A program made the position numbers and the translations under genes. Below are positions 45,247-56,900 of a stretch of DNA of 64,000 nt, one piece after another. The notes beneath the pieces were generated by a model. That model was not told the origin of the DNA. It ran no database searches and saw only the letters and a program-made list of their open reading frames with translations. The first letter of the stretch is position 1, and each line of letters begins with the position of its first letter. This DNA comes from Oikopleura dioica (lineage: Eukaryota > Animalia > Chordata). The stretch spans positions 4,464,001-4,528,000 of the forward strand of contig OU015568.1 of NCBI GenBank assembly GCA_907165135.1, written 5' to 3'.

Positions 45247-48200
45247 TTATTGACAGCTTTTGCGGTTGACAGAGGATCTGAGCAGCTCTTGCTTTGTCGG
45301 TTTCGAGATAAAGAGTTGTTCAAGAGATTTTTGCTCAAACAAGCATTTTGTCTGCTGCATCGAGAAGTTGTTTTTGTAAGAGTGCTGGGTGTAGTCGAAA
45401 ACTTCTGTGTCTCGCCAGGGCATCCAAACTCCACCATGGTTGTCCGGGTCAGCATTCGGGCTTTCTTTCCGCTTTTGCGGCATCACCTGTTCATCATAGA
45501 AATCAGCGAGTTTTTCCAAAAGCTTCTTGGTCATCCACGGTTTTGAATCTACAAGAATAACAAAAATATTTAGGAGCTGTTTTAGCCACCTGATTTGTCG
45601 AATTTCTCCCCTCTGTCTGCCCACATGTCGTAGAGTCGCACATTTTTATTCTTCTCCTTCTTCATATCTGTCAATTTCGTATTATCCTTCGCATAACTTG
45701 GATTTCTTGAGCTTTTTATGTACCCACAACCGTTTCCACAAGGCTTGCCTGTTATGATCTTCCATCTTCCGCTTCGATAAGACGCCTAATCAGCTGTTAC
45801 TTTGTCTTTTTGATTAAAATACCTTGATGGTTACGTTGAAAGCTCGATTATTCAGGTAGGAGAATTCTCTTTCGTCATTGAAATCATGCTGAACCAGCGG
45901 ATCGAGAAAGTGGAGAATGTTATTTCTAGCTGCTTTTGGCTGGTGGACGAATAGTTCTTGAGCTTTTCCATCTAGTGGTCGCCCGGCCGACTCTGGAATC
46001 TCGCAACCAGACAGCTTGAGAAGCGTTGGGAACCAATCGGAGACATGGAAGAGAGGTTTGTATTCTTCACCCTAGAAAAAAATAGATTTCCCCGTGAAAT
46101 TGTTTCTACCTTGATTCGATTTTGCAAGAGAGGTGAAACAATAAACGCTCTGGATTTCAACCCTCCATCAAAAATCGTGCCCTTCGATCCTCTCAATGGC
46201 CAGTTCGAAGCGCCTTCGCGAGGCTGACCCCCGTTGTCCGATGTGAAAATGAGAATGGTGTTCTCCCAATAGTTGTATTGTTTGAGAGCATCGACCATTC
46301 GGCCAAGGTGAAAATCGAGGGTGGAGACTTTTGTGGAGTACTCGATTCGCTCATGAGTCCACGTGTCTGTTTTGTCTTCGTAGAGGTTTTTGAAACGGTT
46401 GACTGTTTGAAGGGGTCCATGGACATCCTGATAACTTATCAGGGGCAAGATTGGATTGGATATAGGTGATAGGAAAATGCGGTCGTTTTTTAAAATGACA
46501 GAAATTCATATTGATAAAAAATGTTGATGATTTATGGTCTTTCTTTTTGAAACTTGAAAACCACAAAATTCTTACGAGTGGTCTCCGTTTGCCCAAGTCG
46601 CCGTTTGCCCAAGTCGCCGTCTGCCCAAGATCGCCGTTTGCCCAACTTGGGCAGACGGAGACTTGGGCAAACGGCGATCTTGGGCAGACGGCGATCAAAT
46701 TGAAAATATAATCATGATTCTATTTAAAGAAATTAATTCAAGGTTTCTGAACTTTATGAGCGCAAAGAAGACTTTGATTTCAGTTTATAATTACTAAGAT
46801 CGGGAATTTTCTCATCTAAGATGAGTCATCTTGAATTATGAAATCAAAACCAGCAGGATAGGATAGATAGAGATGGTAAAGTTATATCGCTAGTTTTACG
46901 TCCGAGGCCTACAGATTGAGGAAACGATAGATGTGCCGAGTCCTCACAAGCGCTAATCCCCAACTTGGTTGAATTGATGGTCACATATTGCTGTTTCTTG
47001 TGATTCATTATCGGTTCGTTCTATTTTTGGAGTTATTTCTGATTGAAACTCAGGGAAACAGTCATTGTGAGAAGTGAGAAAAAAAGAAAAAAGGGGAAAA
47101 CTGATGAAACTCTTCCCAAAACCTCCTCCCAGCGAAGAGGGGTACTCAGGCTTGATTTACAAACATCAAATGCACAATCTTATGACAACCGAATAATGAT
47201 CCAGTCTCAGTAAACCGGATTCTTTTTCTTCTTGATTAACTCTTCCAGGAATAGTTTATTAGGACTTTGATTGAGAATTTAGCGACTCTCATAATTAGAC
47301 CACCCATTACGAAGGCTCTTCGTGATCTATCTAAACGATGTCATAATTCGGAAAGCTTACTTCTATTATTTTATGATCAATCAATTAAAAAAAAAAATTC
47401 ACATCGCCGTTTGCCTAAGATCTCCGTCTGCCCAAGTTGGGCAAACGGCGACTTGGGCAGACGGCGACTTGGGCAAACGGCGACTTGGGCAAACGGAGAC
47501 CACTCAATTCTTACCTGAAAAGAAACATAATTAAAAAGTGGCTCTTCTGGACTGTTAATCTGAAGTTGACTGATAAAATCGTCAACAAAAAGCTTCGTCG
47601 AATAAGTTCCATTTGTATAAGTATCATCCAAGATCTTGTCATTTTCTTCTCCTCCTGGAAACGCTTCTCTGAAATCATATCCCCACGGTCGGCCCCAAGT
47701 TCCTTGCGAGAATCGAGTATTGTGCACGCCGGAGATCTCATTTTCGTAGCTGTATTTGTGCTCATTTGCTCGTCCAGAATCGTGGAAAAAGTAATCTTGC
47801 GCTCCAAGATAAAAGCCATAGAACCGATCAAACCCGCGATTTTGCGGACAATGGTGGTACGTGTAAAAGCCCAAATGCCACTTTCCCTGAAGTCCAGTTC
47901 TGTAGCCACACTGTTTGAACGCATCGGAGAGGAGTGTTTCTTGGAGAGGAATTCCTTCCGGCTCTTCTGGCCTGATCACGCCGCTTTGCATGCCCATTCG
48001 GATATTGTACCGGCCTGTCATTAGAGCGGCGCGGGAGGGAGTGCATGAAGGCTGGTTGTAGTAATTTTTGAGGTGAAGGGCATCTTTTGCAAGAGCGTCG
48101 ATATTTGGCGAGTGGACATCTTTATTGACGTATCCAACATCGTCAAATCCGAGGTCATCAACCAGGACGAAGATCACGTGGGGCTTCTTCTTCAAAACTT

Positions 48201-48296
48201 TCTAGAAACAATCTCTCTGCTTAAAAATCTCTCTGTAAGTCAAACCTGGGAAATCGAAAAATGATGCAGCAGGAAAAAGAATTTCAAAGAGCCCAT
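45247..48296 (-). CDS. Arylsulfatase, ARSB/ARSI/ARSJ-like
   Basis: PHVIFVLVDDLG, formylglycine motif CTPSRAALMTGRY, GKWHLG, RGFDRFYG, SFQ-DVHGPLQ, FTSDNGG, NWPLRGSKGTIFDGG, HVSDWFPTLL, C-terminal DPDNHGGVWMPW. Large intron 46428-47514. Confidence 0.95.
46576..47505. mobile_element. 930 bp Mutator/foldback-like element with modular 16 bp terminal repeats and a 9 bp TSD
   Basis: Ends gagtggtctccgtttgcccaag / cttgggcaaacggagaccactc; TSD aattcttac at 46567-46575 and 47506-47514; unit tcgccgtttgcccaag repeated in both orientations at each end. Confidence 0.92.
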
Positions 48297-49138
48297 CGCT
48301 CTTTTAAATTAATAAAAATTCCTCGTGAGAAATTCAAAGAAGCTCGGCTCCTCCCTTATCCGTCAGAAAGATAATCAACGATGCCATTATCTCAACAAGC
48401 ATCTTTGTCGGAGTAAATGCAAAGAATAGCTGACTAAATAAATTAATATTAATGAAATGATATAATGTTTCGACTCATTTAATTTCACGAAATTGACAAC
48501 AAAATCTCGAAGACACCATGAAATTAGACTGTCAATTCTTCTCCCCAAAAAAAGAGGAGACGCAAAATTATAAACCTGTCCAATTTTAAATGAGTATGCC
48601 GCAAAGTAATTTGACCTAATGAAAATGCACTGTCAGTGCCCTACAAATCCTTTCCATCTTTGCAGCGTTCTTCTGAAAAAGAAGATAAACAGAAAGAGAG
48701 AATGAAATGAACGTAAGCAGATGGCATCTTTAATTCATGAAAAGGGGGTCGACTGTCAGCGTTCTTCCTTCATTTTGAGATTGTTTTTTTTTGTGTTTTT
48801 ATTTTGATTTCAGCGAATCCGGAAGAAGGCCAAGTAAGAAGCTGGGGCTGCTCTAGAATCAATTGAGTCAGAAGCTGAAGAAACAGTTGACGAAGATGAA
48901 GAGGGACCAAGAAAGATAAGGGATCATTAAGGGTATCAACATCGATATCGCCTTTATTTTTTTCGATCTATCGAGATTTTTTTTCGTTTTCCTTTCCTTT
49001 TTAATGATCTCTGATTGATAAACCGCCAGGAAAAAGACTGGCAAGAGGATATATTATTCATCCTTCCTTATATATGCCTGTAAGTATAGATAAAAAAGAA
49101 TCCGGTAGAAAATAAAGATGACTTTTCTTCAGATAATT

Positions 49139-49381
49139 ATGGTTGCTGCCTTAGTGTTGACCTCGATATATCTGGTCCTAAAAGTTCCCAGGTAAGGGGG
49201 TATTTTGCTATTTTTTCCCTTTTCAAAAATCAGTGAGATTCCCGAGACGCACAAAATGATCGAATTTGAACTGAGAGAATATGAATATGATGACTGGCTA
49301 ATGGATTACGATTTCACCAATTTATATGTTGCCAATTATTACGGCTTCAAAACAAACTTGAATAAAAGGAAGAAAACATGA
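49139..49381 (+). CDS. Small two-exon gene (about 66 aa, hydrophobic N-terminus); may have further upstream exons
   Basis: ttttcttcag acceptor just before the ATG; GT-AG intron 49192-49233; MVAALVLTSIYLVLKVPSEIPETHKMIEFELREYEYDDWLMDYDFTNLYVANYYGFKTNLNKRKKT*. Confidence 0.5.
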
Positions 49382-49512
49382 CAACCTTCTAGCAATTTCC
49401 TTGCCTTTTTCAATGATGGAGAATTAAGTCGACAATGGATGATTTTTTAAGTGCTTCCGAGAGTCTTGGGGAAAGTAATAGGTCGAAAAGCCAGGGACAT
49501 AGTAGCTTAAAA

Positions 49513-50750
49513 ATGTCGATGTTTTGGTTATTATTATTCAGAGTTATTTACGCCCAGAGATGTTTGGAAGAGACAACGTACTCAGAACAAAGTGGAGAAA
49601 TTGAAAGCCATCAGGGCTACCCAAATTTGAGATATGATAATGGACTTTCTTGTGAATATTTGATCGATGTTAATGGAGAGGTGACCCTAGGTACCGGATT
49701 ATAACTTATAAATTGCAATGTAATTAGTGCTTCCATTTCCTTTTGAAATTCGAAAAAAGAAATACTTGCAGTTGACATTGAAAACCATGTTCAATGCGCA
49801 TGGGACAAGCTTGAACTCATTTTTTCCGACGAAACTACCATCACAATCTGCGGCCGAGAACTTGATGACCCCCGTTGGTCTCGGAGAAATACTGGCCAGG
49901 GACCTGTAAGACTAGTTTTTACAACTGATGGGTCCACAACAGGACAAGGCTTTGTGCTTGGATATTCTGTTTCTCAACCGATTGGGAGTTTTTGTGATGA
50001 GAATGAGTGTCAAAATGGAGCTGTTTGTAATGATGAGCTAGAAGAGTGTATTTGCAATGAGGGATTTGAAGGGTTGACGTGCGAGCTTGATGTTAATGAG
50101 TGCATCAGGAAATTGACTCCAATCCAAAACACAGCTAAAAACCAGAATTAGATGAGTCATGAAAAGTCGCCCTTGTAGACTTCCAAATAGCGTTTGTCTG
50201 AACACAATCGGAAGCTTCCGCTGTCGTTGTCTCGATGGCTTTGGTGGAGAAAACTGCTCCCCACTTCAGGTCGAGGCACAATCTCAAGAGCCACCGAGGC
50301 GTCAAGAATCTGAAGGCTTGTTCGATGGAGAATTTTTAATTGTCGCTGGGGTTCTTGGACTGATTTTTGCTGGCGGTGGATTTTCTGTTGTCTATGGCCT
50401 GAGACTTTTAATGAGGTAATTTCTAGAGCTAATTTATCAGCTAAATTTCATTAATTTTTGATGTTTTTCGAGAAGGCCCTATTCGAAAATTTTTTATTTT
50501 TCTGATCAAAGCTAATTTTATGGTCTTCAGATCAATCAAAGATCGAATGCGAAAGTCGACAAAACATTCATCCCCATTCTCTTTCCAAAAAGAAAAATCA
50601 GTCGATCTTTGGCGACAGCGAAACTCTAGAATCCTTCTCGAAAGCTTTCCCAGGCTAACCACAAAGATCCGTAACGAAATTATGCCAAGAAGAACAGCTG
50701 GTTTATCAGAAAATAATCGACCGTCGCGGTTTTTTCTCAACCTTGGGTGA
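49513..50750 (+). CDS. CUB-EGF-cbEGF single-pass membrane protein
   Basis: Signal MSMFWLLLFRVIYA; CUB motifs SGEIESHQGYPNLRYDNGLSCEYLI, DIENHVQCAWDKL, ICG, LVFTTDGSTTGQGF; EGF CDENECQNGAVC...CICNEGFEGLTCE; DVNECISRPC...CLNTIGSFRCRCLDGFGGENC (needs the GA-AG intron 50109-50166); TM FLIVAGVLGLIFAGGGFSVVYGL. Confidence 0.88.
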
Positions 50751-50973
50751 GACTGAACTTGCTTTTAATTCATTTTGAACCTTCTTCTTAGGCCATTGCC
50801 GGGTCACGTGGAGCCTTTGAGAAGAAATGTCAGCTATAATTACAATCTTCAATTTCGTGAAAATAAAATTACTATTTAATATTTGAAAAATCATTGAAAA
50901 AAACGCCCACTGCACACACATTTTTATTATCAGTTAGAAAATATACAAAAAGGTAAAGTAAGCAGCACCGAAA

Positions 50974-53900
50974 TTATGCATCCTGTTCACCAGGCATTCC
51001 CGGAATTTCAAAGGGATTCATGATGTTGCTCGGAGAAGCAGCTCGTATTCCATTTTTCTGAGGACTATCGGATTCTGCCATGACGGAGTTGGAGCTTGAG
51101 CGCATCAGGTAGTCGAAGTCGTCGGGGTCTTCCATTGTTGGATCGCCAGTTATCATGTCAGCGGGAGCTTTTTTCGGTTCAATTTCCGATCAATTAGTGA
51201 CAATCAAGAATTTTAATGGAACCTTCCTGAGTTTGCTTCTGGCTCAGCTTTGACTGTATCTTTCGCGAGCATCATTGCAGAAAACTCTTCCAGTTTTCTC
51301 TGAACTTCCAATTTATCTGCTTCGACTTTTCGCCTGATCTCCGCGGGGTCCATAAAGTCTACCCAATCTTTCGGATTGCTGACCCCAATCGGCATCGGGG
51401 GGATCGGCGGCTGCTCGACTTGCTGATGCTCGCCGGAGTAGAAGGCAGTTCCTCCAGGAGAATGGTAAGGATTTTGGGCGTTGAAGTCTTCATCTTGTTG
51501 AATCTTATCTTCCATGCTCACTGAAAAAATAGATCTTGATGAGATAAGGTAGATAATATTCCCCAGAAAATTGAAATTTTACGGTCTAAAGCGCCACATT
51601 TGACTGTATAAGTAGATGTACCAGACGATTTATGGAGCAATTTTTTTAAGCAAATGAAACATTTTTAGTCTTATACTTTTCCATTATTGTCCCTATTTCT
51701 GAAATGACACAGTATCATCAGTGATGATTCATCACTAATATGTTCAGATAATGTTTGAAGCTCAATAAATATTAATGAACTTACTCTGAATCATGGGAGG
51801 AATAGAAATATGACCATTTTCGTCATCTTCCATTCGCTCTTCATTTTCTCCTTTATCAGACCCTGTTGGAGTTAGATCTTGCATTTCGACCTCGCCACCG
51901 TCAAATGCTGGATTTGACTTGCCCTGTGCTCGATCAGCTTCCATTTGCTCGTAGGGATTTTTGATTGATTCGTAGTTCGTAAAGGCGGATTGATTCGAGA
52001 TAAGACCTTGTTCATCTTCGTCTGAAAAGGATGAGAAAAAGTCCAAATTAGACTTCATACCGGGAACGGATAAGAGTCCTTTAGCAGCAACGGCGACTCC
52101 AGTCACTCGTTTCTTCTGCTTATTGCTTCTGATCGAGTCCTGTCCTCCTCCTCCGTCTCCTGAAAAGTTCACGGCAACTGTTGCTGCAGCCACACCAATG
52201 CCCGTCACATTTTTCGTTGAGTTCTCGTCCGACTCATCATCTGGCTCTTCGTATGGCGATTTGAATTCGTTAGTCTATCGATTTTATGAGCTCTTTTCTC
52301 ACAAAGAAAATACCTGTTCAACAAGCATGCCGAATTCATCATCATCTGCGTCGAGGAAATCGTCATCGTAATCTTCATCATCATCATCGTCGAATTCGCT
52401 TTCTTCTAGCATTCGGTCCATTTCTTGTCGATGTTTCTAGAGACCATTTTATGAATGCAAGATGAAAGAAGGCCAACCTGAATGATGTTTTCTTTCAGCT
52501 CGAGTTGATCTTCAGCAAGCGACTTTTCGATTTTGACATCGATGTAGGCAATGTAATGGTACAATGTCGACAAACTATGAAATAAAATTGAGAGTACTCT
52601 GTATCAAAATATTCTCTTACCGATGCCATAGCATGCAGCCAAACTGGACGAAAATGATGACAATGTAAATGAATAGGAAAAACAGTGAAAACGGCTGAAG
52701 AACGAGGACTCTTTGATCTTCATCGTCAGAATTGCCGTTTCCGTAATCAGGAAATCCTATTCCAATATCTTTGAATGACGGTCCGGCCATACTTCGTGAG
52801 CGGTTGGTTGGAATCATTTTGAAATATGCCCCTCGCATTCGCATAAATTCATCTGGTGATTCGTCTTCTACGACTTCTCCGCATCCTGGCTGAGGGGTTA
52901 TTTAGCGTATTTATCGTAAAATCGATGGCTTACCAAGCTTATGTCCCCAAGCGGAATCTCTATTGACATCAACATGTAAGAGTACTTCAGAATCACGCAG
53001 GAAATGATGATCCACATGACATTGATGAAAATGTAGTACATAAACTTTTCATCTCTGAAGTTTGACATTTCTTCTGCAAGCCAGGCTTCGTGCTCCTTGA
53101 TTTTCTGGAAGTTCTTTCCCTTGTTTCTGATGCCTATGTAACCTTCTGTCGGGTCTTGCATAGTCTCCCAGAATGTTTGCTCGGGATTTGACAGCGTGTA
53201 GACTTTGCATCCTAAAAATTGATGAAGAAAAGTCATTTTCTTCCTTGATTTCAAAACTTACTCTTGTCAAAGGGCGCATTTTTGCCAATAATCCAGCTCA
53301 AATAATTCGTCCCACCAACTTCCTTGTAAAGCTTAATTTCTCGGTCCCGAACGTCTCCAAGAGTATATTCTTCCGAATAACCAATGGGTTTTGCTTGATA
53401 ACATGTTTTTCCCGTTTTCGGATTGATCATGTAGCTCTGCCAGTCATCAGCGCCGATCTGCCGAAGTTTTCTGATTTGGAAGCCGCCGTATAATCTCTCG
53501 TTCTTGATTTCTTTGTCGAATTCTCGCGGGTCAAGGTATTGCGCGTTCATACCGGTTTCATCGCCGATGATAGCTGTTTGTCGGGCGCCCATGAAGCCGG
53601 AATGCTCGAGCATGCTCTGAGGCACGGCGCTGTCACCATGAAGGAAATCGTTTATTGTATTTCTCGTCTCTTGGTCGACGGCTAAAAAGGTTCCTTTAGA
53701 AGCAACAGAGGCTGTGGTCAATCGTGGCTCTGCTTTTTCAACTCGTTCTGGTGCTGGAGGCGGTGGCGGTGGTGGCTGAGATGCAGGCGCTGGTTGCTCC
53801 TCAACCACTGGTTTTCCATGATTTTTCATCATATCAAGCACTTCATCTTTAATTCTGATTTCATATCTTGGATCTAAGCAAAGAACACAAGTGCAGTTTG

Positions 53901-56900
53901 TTCCATCCACATCTCCGGCGTTTTCCTTTGCGATTTCGTCGTCACTTTTGCCACAAAGTCGCTGCCAGAAGGTCTTTTTGATGCCTGTATCTGCTTTTTT
54001 CGCCTGCCTAGTACCCCAAGAGCAATCGTTCAGGTTAGCAATCGAGTAGATTTGAAGGAAAATGAAACAAGAGGGAATGAAAAGAAAGTAGATTACGCCG
54101 CAAATGATTGCATAGATGTCACCGTGAAGAAGCGCACCGAAAATATGGATAAAAGCCATGGCGGCGAAAAACAAGAAACTCGGGGAAAGAGGGCAATTGA
54201 CACCTTCGATGATGATTCCAATAAGGACAAGTGCCATGAGAAATGAAAACATAAGAGAGAACCAAGTCGCCAGGGAGAGCTGAAGCTCCCCGTCTTTTGA
54301 AATGTAGCAAGCGAAAGTGAAAATGGTCACAGGAGTTATGACAATTAGATAAGTCGCCCATCGCGGGAGTGCTCCACCGAGACCGAGGGCCAAAGCTTCG
54401 GCAACCATCATCATCGTCGTTGAAACACCAATAAGGGAGAAAACCAAAACTGTGAACTGATACATGATGTACGGGACCGAAATATACGGGTTCGACTTTC
54501 GAGCCATTTTCTGCTCAGCAACGAGATTCCAGATATTGGCCGTGGTCGATGGACCCCACCGACGCCGCTGCTTATAGAATGTTCCAAGATCTTCTGGAGC
54601 ATAAGTGTTGCAGTGAGAGGATCCTTCGTACTCGATTCGCCCGCCAGAAAAGAGCATGAGAGTACAGAGCCAACGATCTTCGCCCTGATCGTATTGAAGC
54701 TTTTCCATCGGATTTTGAGCGAGAGATTTGTACATGGCCATGACATTTGGGTTGTTGAGGTAACTGACTCTCATCAAAGAAAAGCATCCTAAAAATGAAT
54801 TTTTTTGAAAAAATTTTTTTGGCAAAGAAATGAAAACGATAAAGCTTTGATTTTAGAATTTATTGGGGCTCAGTTTTAACAGAGATTTTACAGTTTTCTT
54901 CGAAAAGTGGATCTGGAACAGAAATTGTGAAGTGTCTCTCGGAATTCGCGATCATGATCGTTGCGTTCCCTCTATCTTCCGGTTGGATTTCTTCACATGC
55001 TGTTGAGACAATTTCGTATTCTTCCTCTTCTTCGACGGCTGGTTCAGTCTTGACGATCACTGGTGGGTTAAACTGGGTGGACATTGGCTTGGATCGGCAA
55101 ATCTGGCTCCGCAGAGTCGAAGACAAGATGAAGTCTTTGATAGTCGAGTGCATCTTCTTATTGCACGCGTCGCAGGGACTGAAGATGACGACTGGGGAGA
55201 AGGGGATCTGGAAGGCGGTATTGACGAGGCAGCCGCATGGTTTTTTGATTGTTTCGACAAGTGGATTGTGCATTTCTTTCTTTTGACGAGTTGTTCTGTT
55301 TTTGCACCAGTTTTATTCAGATTTTTCTCTAGCGCCGTCATAGCGCAGCTGTCAGAAGAAAATAAAGTAGATAAAAATTCAGAGCAGCGATGGTCTGATT
55401 GTATCTTTATCAGAATTTGCAATCAAACATAAGGCCGTAAAAATCACCTGGTGAGCACAAAACGCAGCCCAAGACATGCTCTGCCGACTTCTGAAGCCAA
55501 TGACCGACGGCATACTCAAAGTTCTGATAAGCAACAAGCCATCCAGACCCTTTCGGATGAATAGCACCGCAACAAGCAGCCAATTTGTCATTCCTCATGC
55601 ATCTGTCCAGGACAAGTTCAAATGCTGGCGGGTCGAAATCGACGTCTCCATCGAGAGCGAGAATGAAGGATTTCTTCTTGTCGATGGTTTTCTTTGAAAA
55701 TGGAGTTTTTTGACGACAGGCGTCGATTTTCCAACCGATGAGGTAGTAAAGATACATGACCTGGGACCATCGTTTCCCTCTCTGGACCAAGTTCGCGTCT
55801 TTCAAGTGAATGACGAACGGATATCCAGCGATTTCATAAACGACTCTTCCTCCATAAGGAGTTCTGATGATCTTTCCATCTTTCAGCTGATTCGGGCTAA
55901 GGTAAGTTCCATCTCCATAGATATTCAAGACTTCTTTGAAAACACGCTGGAATTGCTTGACCCAATCGTTGAGCTCGAGCCACTCCGGGGCGTTGAGGAA
56001 ATCATCTGGCCCGTCTTTGTCCGCTTTTTTCGTCTCGAAGACATTGTCGAAGAAGATGTGCATTTCGAGATGATACTGATTCGGATCGTTGTTTCTTTCT
56101 TTTCTTCTCGCATGTCGGAGCAATTTGGAGACAGATCGCAAGAGCGTGGCCATTTCAAAATCTTCTTCGTGCCAAAGAGTGGTGCAAATGAAGATCATTG
56201 GGAATTCTTGTCCTTTATCCCAAAGAGTCGTTTTCTTGCCAGATGTCGGAGCTGATCCTTTCACTGTCGTCGTTCGAGCGGATTTTCGAGACATTGTCAT
56301 TCGCGTTGATCTTTTTGAAGATTCAGGATTGATTTTACTGAAAAAATTCATGAAAACTGAGAAGTCTTTAGTTAGAATCTCTTCCTTGATTTCCGATCTG
56401 GTTGAAATTTCTTCATTGCTTCTGACTGTAACTCAGCTTCGATGTCAACCGTTCTTCTATTCAGCAAGGTAAACGTAGAAGTACCGACGGGTCGATAACT
56501 CGGCAGCATGAACACATCTCGCTCGAGTGGATAAATCCACGATTCCGGATGCCAAATGTAATGAGTCAGGAATCCAAAGCTCAAAGCTCCGACAGCACCG
56601 ATCACGAGTGGAACGATGTGTTCGACACTGACGGAGAAGTTTTCATCGTTGGCGGATTCTTTCATCATATCAGCAATAGCGACTCCGACCAGCGCTAGAA
56701 TAGTGATCAATATTCGGTCTAAGAATCAATCCTACCTATGATGGGACCAACAATGCCAGGAATCGCAAAACCAGCGATTTGAAGATCAACCCGGACGGAA
56801 ACTTTTTGAAAATACGACGTCACCGCGCTTGAAATTCCAAAAACCCAGACCCACGTAGTGAAGCACTTGGGACTTTTATGATTCCAGAAATCATCGAAAG

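Noticed and set aside
46351-47534. ORFs with repeated WANGDLG / SPFAQ peptides
   Set aside because: They are translations of the 16 bp terminal repeats of the Mutator-like element, not genes.
56338-56430. Additional GA-donor intron candidate in chitin synthase (AG|GAAGAG, 47 nt)
   Set aside because: An in-phase canonical GTCAGA donor exists about 40 nt upstream, so GA usage cannot be claimed from sequence alone.
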